DNA of 64,000 bases from Escherichia coli (GTDB lineage: Bacteria > Pseudomonadota > Gammaproteobacteria > Enterobacterales > Enterobacteriaceae), in assembly GCF_003790525.1 (NCBI RefSeq), contig NZ_CP033635.1; one strand, 5' to 3'. The position numbers and the translations under genes were made by a program. Positions 1 to 6,832 of the stretch are shown in pieces (position 1 is the stretch's first letter; each line of letters opens with the position of its first letter). The notes below the pieces were generated by a model. The model saw only the letters and a list, made by a program, of their open reading frames with translations. It made no database searches and was not told where the DNA came from.

Positions 1-1443
1 CCGAACATCGCTAACCGCAACAAAGGCGGGCGGCGCAAACCGAAAAAGAATTTTTTCAGCGACGAAGCCATCGAAAAGCTGGAGCAGATTTTCTTTGAGC
101 AGTCTTTCGACTATCAGTTGCACTGGTATCGCGCCGGGCTTGAGCACCGCATCCGCGATATCCTGAAATCCCGCCAGATTGGCGCAACGTTTTATTTTTC
201 CCGCGAGGCGCTGCTGCGTGCCCTGAAAACCGGTCATAACCAGATTTTTCTGTCGGCCAGTAAAACGCAGGCGTATGTGTTCCGCGAATACATCATCGCC
301 TTTGCCCGGCTGGTTGACGTTGACCTGACCGGTGACCCGATTGTCCTGGGCAATAACGGCGCAAAACTGATTTTTCTCGGCACCAACTCCAACACCGCGC
401 AGAGCCATAACGGCGACCTGTACGTCGACGAGATTTTCTGGATCCCGAATTTTCAGGTACTGCGTAAGGTGGCATCAGGTATGGCCTCACAGAGTCACCT
501 GCGCTCGACCTATTTCTCCACCCCGTCCACGCTGGCGCACGACGCCTACCCGTTCTGGTCGGGTGAACTGTTTAACCGGGGACGCGCCAGCGCCGCCGAA
601 CGCGTGGAAATCGACGTCAGTCATAACGCCCTTGCCGGTGGGCTTCTCTGTGCGGACGGCCAGTGGCGGCAGATTGTCACCATTGAGGACGCCCTGAAAG
701 GCGGCTGCACGCTGTTCGACATTGAGCAGCTCAAACGCGAAAACAGCGCCGACGATTTTAAAAACCTGTTCATGTGTGAATTTGTTGACGACAAGGCGTC
801 GGTATTCCCGTTCGAGGAGCTGCAACGCTGCATGGTCGACACGCTGGAAGAATGGGAAGACTATGCGCCGTTTGCCGCCAATCCGTTCGGCTCCCGCCCG
901 GTATGGATTGGTTACGACCCGTCACACCGTGGCGACAGCGCCGGATGCGTGGTGCTGGCACCGCCGGTGGTGGCCGGAGGTAAATTCAGAATACTTGAGC
1001 GTCACCAGTGGAAAGGCATGGACTTTGCCACTCAGGCGGAATCCATCCGCAAACTCACCGAAAAATACAACGTCGAATACATCGGAATTGATGCCACCGG
1101 CCTCGGTGTCGGCGTGTTCCAGCTCGTGCGCTCGTTCTATCCCGCCGCGCGCGATATCCGCTACACGCCGGAAATGAAAACCGCAATGGTGCTCAAGGCA
1201 AAAGACGTCATCCGCCGTGGCTGTCTGGAATATGACGTCAGCGCCACCGACATCACCAGCTCGTTCATGGCTATCCGCAAGACCATGACCAGCAGCGGAC
1301 GCAGCGCCACCTATGAGGCCAGCCGTAGCGAGGAAGCCAGCCACGCCGACCTCGCCTGGGCGACCATGCACGCCCTGTTAAATGAGCCACTCACCGCCGG
1401 TATCAGCACCCCGCTGACATCCACCATTCTGGAGTTTTACTGA
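1..1443 (+). CDS. P: Terminase large (ATPase) subunit, P2 gpP-like, 5' end cut by the window edge
   Basis: Frame 1 is open from nt 1. The track start at 118 is a TTG codon inside the ORF. The stop overlaps the portal start (TGATG at 1441-1445), and the gene sits upstream of the portal gene and cos as in the P2 PQ operon. Confidence 0.85.
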   Translation, partial: PNIANRNKGGRRKPKKNFFSDEAIEKLEQIFFEQSFDYQLHWYRAGLEHRIRDILKSRQIGATFYFSREALLRALKTGHNQIFLSASKTQAYVFREYIIAFARLVDVDLTGDPIVLGNNGAKLIFLGTNSNTAQSHNGDLYVDEIFWIPNFQVLRKVASGMASQSHLRSTYFSTPSTLAHDAYPFWSGELFNRGRASAAERVEIDVSHNALAGGLLCADGQWRQIVTIEDALKGGCTLFDIEQLKRENSADDFKNLFMCEFVDDKASVFPFEELQRCMVDTLEEWEDYAPFAANPFGSRPVWIGYDPSHRGDSAGCVVLAPPVVAGGKFRILERHQWKGMDFATQAESIRKLTEKYNVEYIGIDATGLGVGVFQLVRSFYPAARDIRYTPEMKTAMVLKAKDVIRRGCLEYDVSATDITSSFMAIRKTMTSSGRSATYEASRSEEASHADLAWATMHALLNEPLTAGISTPLTSTILEFY

Positions 1444-2477
1444 TGAGCAAGAAAAAAGGGAAAACACCGCAACCTGCGGCAAAAAAAATGACCGCCAGCG
1501 CCCCGAAAATGGAGGCATTCACCTTTGGTGAGCCGGTGCCGGTACTCGACCGCCGTGACATTCTGGATTACGTCGAGTGCATCAGTAACGGCAGATGGTA
1601 TGAGCCACCAGTCAGCTTTACCGGTCTGGCAAAAAGCCTGCGTGCTGCCGTGCATCACAGCTCACCGATTTACGTCAAACGTAACATTCTGGCCTCAACG
1701 TTTATCCCACACCCGTGGCTTTCTCAGCAGGATTTCAGCCGCTTTGTGCTGGATTTTCTGGTATTCGGTAATGCGTTTCTGGAAAAGCGTTACAGCACCA
1801 CCGGTAAGGTCATCAGACTGGAAACCTCACCGGCAAAATATACCCGCCGTGGCGTGGAGGAGGATGTTTACTGGTGGGTGCCGTCCTTCAACGAGCCGAC
1901 ACCTTTCGCGCCCGGCTCCGTGTTTCACCTGCTGGAGCCGGATATTAATCAGGAGCTGTACGGTCTGCCGGAATATCTCAGCGCCCTTAACTCTGCCTGG
2001 CTGAATGAGTCGGCCACGCTGTTCCGCCGCAAGTATTACGAAAACGGCGCTCATGCCGGATATATCATGTACGTCACTGATGCCGTGCAGGATCGCAACG
2101 ATATCGAAATGCTTCGCGAAAACATGGTGAAGTCGAAAGGCCGCAACAACTTTAAAAACCTGTTTCTCTATGCCCCGCAGGGGAAAGCTGACGGCATTAA
2201 AATTATCCCGCTCAGTGAAGTGGCAACGAAGGACGATTTTTTTAATATCAAAAAAGCCAGCGCCGCTGACCTGCTGGACGCGCACCGCATCCCCTTTCAG
2301 TTGATGGGCGGCAAGCCGGAGAACGTCGGGTCGCTGGGTGATATTGAGAAAGTAGCAAAGGTCTTTGTCCGCAATGAGCTTATCCCGTTACAGGACAGGA
2401 TCCGCGAGATAAACGGCTGGCTCGGTCAGGAGGTCATCCGATTTAAAAACTACTCACTGGACACTGACAACGGCTGA
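1443..2477 (+). CDS. Q: Portal (capsid-packaging) protein, P2 gpQ-like, 344 aa
   Basis: Length and position match gpQ (last gene before cos). It is coupled to P and followed by a hairpin plus T-run. Confidence 0.85.
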   Translation: MSKKKGKTPQPAAKKMTASAPKMEAFTFGEPVPVLDRRDILDYVECISNGRWYEPPVSFTGLAKSLRAAVHHSSPIYVKRNILASTFIPHPWLSQQDFSRFVLDFLVFGNAFLEKRYSTTGKVIRLETSPAKYTRRGVEEDVYWWVPSFNEPTPFAPGSVFHLLEPDINQELYGLPEYLSALNSAWLNESATLFRRKYYENGAHAGYIMYVTDAVQDRNDIEMLRENMVKSKGRNNFKNLFLYAPQGKADGIKIIPLSEVATKDDFFNIKKASAADLLDAHRIPFQLMGGKPENVGSLGDIEKVAKVFVRNELIPLQDRIREINGWLGQEVIRFKNYSLDTDNG

Positions 2478-2482
2478 ACATC

Positions 2483-2504
2483 GCCGCCTGCGGGCGGCTT
2501 TTTT
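2483..2504 (+). terminator. Rho-independent terminator of the P-Q operon
   Basis: GCCGCC (2483-2488) pairs with GGCGGC (2493-2498) around loop TGCG, followed by TTTTTT (2499-2504), 6 nt after the Q stop. Confidence 0.8.
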
Positions 2505-2646
2505 ACACCCCGTCATCACGCCCTCACACGTTCGCCACTGTACAAAACACCCCGCAGACACACCAACGCCCCGGCAGGCCGACTAAACGCCATCACGACG
2601 CGCTCAGACGCTGAAAAAATAAAATCAGCACCACCGCCAGCGCGCA

Positions 2647-2665
2647 GTGCTTTCCCCGCCTCGCC
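2647..2665 (-). other. cos: cos cohesive-end sequence (P2 type)
   Basis: GTGCTTTCCCCGCCTCGCC is the reverse complement of GGCGAGGCGGGGAAAGCAC, the 19-nt P2 cohesive end as I recall it. It lies just downstream of Q as in P2. Confidence 0.8.
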
Positions 2666-2892
2666 CGCCCGCTTCATGGGTCGGTTTTGATGCAATTCCA
2701 AAAGCCGTCCAAACTCTCTTAGGCTAAATGTCCAACGAGAAAATAGTTCTTTGAATGTGAATGCATTTTAATGCAGAGTTATGCCCAGCATTTTTGTACA
2801 CTTCGATGTATCAAATGCGCTGCAAACGATCAAATATGGATGTTTTATCAAGCATCCCCCAAAAGATATTTACATCATCCCATGAGGTTAAG

Positions 2893-3966
2893 ATGGATAA
2901 CAAAATCGTAGAAATTGAGACAAATAAGCTTGATTTTGACCCTAAAAACCCACGTTTCTTTCGTCTCAATGATGCCAGTAACGCTGCAACAGTCATTGAG
3001 GAAATGTTAGATGACGAAAGTGTCCACGATCTAATGCTATCAATCGGTCAGCAAGGTTACTTTCCTGGAGAACCTTTATTGGCAGTAAAAAGCAATGGAA
3101 ACTACATCGTGGTTGAGGGAAACAGACGCTTAGCTGCTGTAAAGTTGCTCAATGGAGATCTGCTTCCTCCAAAAAGAAAACTTAAAGGTGTGCAAGAAAT
3201 CATTGATGATACTACCAATAAACCTAAGAAGCTTCCCTGCATCATTTATGAAAACCGAGAGGATGTACTGAGATATATCGGTTATCGTCATATAACTGGG
3301 GTCAAAGAATGGGACTCATTATCTAAAGCCAAATACCTTAAAGAGTTATGTGATACTTTTTATTCACATGAGCCTAAAGAGATAGTATTAAAAAATCTGG
3401 CTCGTGAGATTGGGAGTAAACCACATTATGTTGCAACACTTCTCACTGCACTGAACTTATATGAAGTCGCGCATGACCATGAGTTTTTTAATTTACCCAT
3501 GAAGGCTTCTGACGTGGAATTTTCATATATAACCACAGCTTTGGGATATTCAAAAATCACAAACTGGTTAGGTCTACAGGATAAAAAGGATTTTTTAGAC
3601 CCAAATTTAAATGAAGAAAACCTTAAGCGTTTATTCTCTTGGTTTTTTGTGCCTGACCAACAAGGTAGAACCATCATCGGTGAGTCTCGAAGAATAAAAG
3701 ATATTGCAGCAGTGGTTGAGAAACCCGAAGCAATTGAAATTCTCATGAAAAGTTCAAACTTGGATGAAGCATATCTATATACCAGCGGAGAAAGAGAAGC
3801 ATTAGATAAAGCACTAAACGCAGCTAGTGTTAAATTAAGAGTAGTTTGGGATATGCTACTTAAAGCTAAAGAATTAACATTAGAGCATGAAGAGGCTGCA
3901 TCTGAAATTTTTGAGATGTCAAAAAATATTAGAAATCAGATCAGAAGCAAAAGGGAGGATGATTGA
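2893..3966 (+). CDS. ParB/Srx N-terminal-domain protein (357 aa), cargo gene 1
   Basis: Start chosen at ATG 2893 with GAGG at 2885-2888. Motifs KLDFDPKNPRF and YIVVEGNRRLAAVKLL resemble ParB box I/II (GxxR arginine patch), with a helical C-terminal half. Codon usage is AT-rich, unlike the flanking phage genes. Confidence 0.7.
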   Translation: MDNKIVEIETNKLDFDPKNPRFFRLNDASNAATVIEEMLDDESVHDLMLSIGQQGYFPGEPLLAVKSNGNYIVVEGNRRLAAVKLLNGDLLPPKRKLKGVQEIIDDTTNKPKKLPCIIYENREDVLRYIGYRHITGVKEWDSLSKAKYLKELCDTFYSHEPKEIVLKNLAREIGSKPHYVATLLTALNLYEVAHDHEFFNLPMKASDVEFSYITTALGYSKITNWLGLQDKKDFLDPNLNEENLKRLFSWFFVPDQQGRTIIGESRRIKDIAAVVEKPEAIEILMKSSNLDEAYLYTSGEREALDKALNAASVKLRVVWDMLLKAKELTLEHEEAASEIFEMSKNIRNQIRSKREDD

Positions 3967-3970
3967 GATT

Positions 3971-4996
3971 ATGATTACAAATCTTGATTCAATGCCTTCT
4001 AATGAGCCTTATTTATGGGCTGATTATATTGAGATATTGGCCTTAACTAATATCGACAGGTCATTCAGTCGAGGAGACCTATATAGCACACTGCAAGCTC
4101 AACCCGAAGCAGTACTAGCTGAAACAGATGAAGCAGAAGAAGAGGGCGTTTATGATGTTGATGATGAAAATGATACGCCTGTACGCAAGAGAACAAAACG
4201 AAGTGTTAGTCGAGCATATACTGACAGAAAGTGGAGCTATGCGATAGGCTTCATACGACAACGCATTGATTTATTTGGGGATAGTTACCCTTTTACTTTA
4301 TCAGAAGACAACGATACTGTAGAGTTACGTGATATATCAGAAAAGCCACTGGAACATTTAGAAAGACTATATTTAGCTTTACTAATCTGTGCTAACATAA
4401 AATATGTCAACATAATGAGCAGAAGAGAGATAACGCGCAGTTTTGAACTAATTAGTTTACCTATTTTTGAAAGCCTAATGCCTAGCGGTAGCATAATAAA
4501 AGCATGCTGGGCTTCTGGTGGTCAAGCGGCCCCTTACACTGGAACTCTATATAATAAATTTAAGAGTATTGCTTCCGATATCCGTTGCACAGCGAACTTC
4601 AAAGAACGAGATTTCAGTCGAGGAAATAGTGGTGACGGAGGCCTTGACATAATTGCCTGGCATCCAATGGGAGATCAACGAGATGCCATCCCTATTTCTT
4701 TTGTTCAGTGTGGCTGTTCTCAAGAAGAGTGGGAAGCGAAGCAGCTTGAGGCCTCACCTGCGATGCTCTACAGTAAATTCCCCGTAGCTCACCGATGGGC
4801 AACTTATTATTTCTTACCTCAAGATCTACGATGGATAGATGGTGAGTGGGCGCATAAAAATAAGTTAGGCGATGCTATTTTTGTTGATCGCCTAAGATTA
4901 ATCAATTTAACCAGAGCATCTGATAATATTGATCACAGTCAAAATATTAGCTATCTAGATATCATCCTTGATCCTTCCAGCGCGATCGCTGCTTAA
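3971..4996 (+). CDS. PD-(D/E)xK-like (Mrr-type) putative nuclease with an acidic N-terminal region (341 aa; alternative start 3959), cargo gene 2
   Basis: AAGGGAGG at 3951-3958 lies inside the end of gene 1. ATG 3959 overlaps the gene 1 TGA (3964-3966) and ATG 3971 follows it. FELISLPIFESL ... GNSGDGGLDIIAW ... ISFVQCGCS resembles the Mrr catalytic core E..D..QxK, but with Gly in place of Lys. Confidence 0.55.
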   Translation: MITNLDSMPSNEPYLWADYIEILALTNIDRSFSRGDLYSTLQAQPEAVLAETDEAEEEGVYDVDDENDTPVRKRTKRSVSRAYTDRKWSYAIGFIRQRIDLFGDSYPFTLSEDNDTVELRDISEKPLEHLERLYLALLICANIKYVNIMSRREITRSFELISLPIFESLMPSGSIIKACWASGGQAAPYTGTLYNKFKSIASDIRCTANFKERDFSRGNSGDGGLDIIAWHPMGDQRDAIPISFVQCGCSQEEWEAKQLEASPAMLYSKFPVAHRWATYYFLPQDLRWIDGEWAHKNKLGDAIFVDRLRLINLTRASDNIDHSQNISYLDIILDPSSAIAA

Positions 4997-5931
4997 TCCC
5001 ATAAATCTGGAAGGTTTCTAGCAACCGCCTCAAACAATGGAGGCGGTACTGCATTACCTACCACAGTATATTTCATATTAATAGAAGCCCGTTCAGTTTC
5101 TGGGAAAATTAAATCCCCAAAACCTTGTAAAATAGCAGCCTCTCGATAGCTAAACCTACGAGCTGGTGCATCCGAAGTAAATTGCCACTTATCAGGTCCC
5201 AATTTTTCTAATGTTGGACTTATTGGATGTAGAGGCATATGTCTAGGATTTGCAACAATTGTTTTAGATATCTGATCCCAATCTTGCCTACGGTTTCGCG
5301 ATAGATAATACCAATGAAAATCGGCGTCATAAAACTCGCCAACAGGCCAAACAGGCATATGCCCAATAGCATCACGAATTGTGGAATATGGTGTCAAACC
5401 ATCACCATGTGTTGGTTTTGGAAATTTGTATGTAATACCGTAGTCCTTTCGTATTCCTACGATAAAGATTCGCTTCCTATCTTGGGATACCCCATAATGG
5501 GACGCATTCAGAATTTGCGAGCTTACTGTATAACCTGCTTCTTCGAAAACTTTGAATTGATCCTTTAATAAATGCTCAAAGTTACGCCTTACCATACCAG
5601 AGACATTCTCTACAATGAATGCTTTTGGCTTAATTTTACTCAAAGCACGGGCAAACTCTAAATATAGTGTATTAATCTTTCTATCTGCCTTCCTTGCCCC
5701 ACCTTGACTAAATCCTTGGCAAGGATAGCATCCGATGAGCAACTCAGCAGAAGGGAACGACTGGAGCCCTGAGATATCGCCCAAAATGTAGTCAGTTTCA
5801 GGATGGTTTTCTAAGTAAACGTCCCTTGCGTAAGGCAAAATATCATTTGCCATAAGCACATTGAAACCTGCGTTCAAAACTCCCGCATCAGAACCACCAC
5901 ATCCAGAAAAAAGTGAAACTACAGTTGGCAT
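4993..5931 (-). CDS. DNA (cytosine-5) methyltransferase, 312 aa, cargo gene 3
   Basis: All canonical C5-MTase motifs are readable: FSGCGG (I), PCQGFS (IV), ENV (VI), QDRKRIFIVG (VIII), RRFSYREAAILQGF (IX-like) and GNAVPPPL (X). AGGAGG at 5937-5942 lies 5 nt upstream of the ATG. Confidence 0.92.
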   Translation of the reverse strand: MPTVVSLFSGCGGSDAGVLNAGFNVLMANDILPYARDVYLENHPETDYILGDISGLQSFPSAELLIGCYPCQGFSQGGARKADRKINTLYLEFARALSKIKPKAFIVENVSGMVRRNFEHLLKDQFKVFEEAGYTVSSQILNASHYGVSQDRKRIFIVGIRKDYGITYKFPKPTHGDGLTPYSTIRDAIGHMPVWPVGEFYDADFHWYYLSRNRRQDWDQISKTIVANPRHMPLHPISPTLEKLGPDKWQFTSDAPARRFSYREAAILQGFGDLIFPETERASINMKYTVVGNAVPPPLFEAVARNLPDLWD

Positions 5932-5957
5932 TGACCCCTCCTAAAAACCGACCGCGT

Positions 5958-5963
5958 ATTATA
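5958..5963 (-). promoter_or_regulatory. Candidate -10 hexamer (TATAAT) for the methyltransferase gene
   Basis: A perfect TATAAT on the minus strand lies ~27 nt upstream of the ATG. The -35 region is poor (CTTTTC). Confidence 0.35.
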
Positions 5964-6173
5964 GCGAAACACCCCGTTGGGAAAAGCTAGATTTTGCCAA
6001 GTCTTGATATTCTCACGTTTTAGTAGTTGTGGCCATCTTTAACGAGAAAAAGATAAAATTGACTTCTCATTAATTTTCAATAGGTTTAATTGTAAGCTCA
6101 AACTAACGCCTCGCGACACTCGTTATTCAACCCCGCCAGCCCTGAAAACAAGTTTCACGACTGGCGGCGTTCT

Positions 6174-6380
6174 CTATCGTCTGCGTTGTGGTGGCGCAAC
6201 TCTGGACTGACCGATATGGTTAAACCGCCCGTAATTATCCCGGACTATTTCGGCACACCCGACCAGCTCATCGGGCGTCAGATTTTCGTTGACCATAATC
6301 CGCTGTAAACGCTGAACAATAGCCATCAGCTTGATATTTTTAGTTTTATGGTGCGGTATCTCGCCTGGTATTCTGTGCAT
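6174..6380 (-). CDS. Small hypothetical protein (68 aa), last gene of the early/replication operon
   Basis: Its ATG overlaps the upstream stop as TAATG at 6378-6382. No recognisable motif. Confidence 0.45.
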   Translation of the reverse strand: MHRIPGEIPHHKTKNIKLMAIVQRLQRIMVNENLTPDELVGCAEIVRDNYGRFNHIGQSRVAPPQRRR

Positions 6381-6832
6381 TATCCAAGCCACCCGTTTTG
6401 CTGTGCACGCTCCATCTGTTCATCTGAATAGTTCCATGCTCCATCCGTGGCAACCATTGCCCCGCCAGACATCCCCGTCTCTGGTTCATACATAACAGCA
6501 AGGCCGAGCTGATGCATAATTTCATGATTAATTCTGAATACCAGGCCACGCTCACTAAGTTCTTTCCAGTTCACAATCTCATATGCGCCTGTATTAAGCA
6601 GCTCAATACTTAGCAAGACATAATCTTCCAGCCAGTCTGACAGGTCAGTAACATCTGTTATCCGGGCTTCAACATTTCGCCCCGTATACACACCCTGCAC
6701 CCATTCATACAAAATCAACGTGTCCCCGCGCTCATAATTACGGTCATTTTTCCGGAACTCTGCACGTTTCTTTCCTTCCAGCACAAGGTCGAAATATTTT
6801 GCGTGCAGCTTTACCTCGTGAATTTTTGCCAT
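6380..6832 (-). CDS. ASCH/DUF3850-like domain protein with a C-terminal extension carrying an HExxH motif (150 aa)
   Basis: The N-terminus IHEVKLHAKYFDLVLEGKKRAEFRKNDRNYERGDTLILYEW fits the DUF3850 pattern as I recall it. HEIMH lies in the C-terminal part. The ATG overlaps the gpA stop (TAATG at 6830-6834). Confidence 0.6.
   Translation of the reverse strand: MAKIHEVKLHAKYFDLVLEGKKRAEFRKNDRNYERGDTLILYEWVQGVYTGRNVEARITDVTDLSDWLEDYVLLSIELLNTGAYEIVNWKELSERGLVFRINHEIMHQLGLAVMYEPETGMSGGAMVATDGAWNYSDEQMERAQQNGWLG

Noticed and set aside
2516-2701. 61-aa minus-strand ORF between Q and the cargo
   Set aside because: It spans the cos site and the Q terminator, has no SD, and is Arg/Ala-rich GC-driven sequence. 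It is most likely non-coding packaging DNA.
3426-3746. 106-aa minus-strand ORF, with another at 4285-4494, inside the cargo genes
   Set aside because: They are antisense to the much longer, motif-bearing plus-strand genes. AT-rich DNA readily yields such frames.
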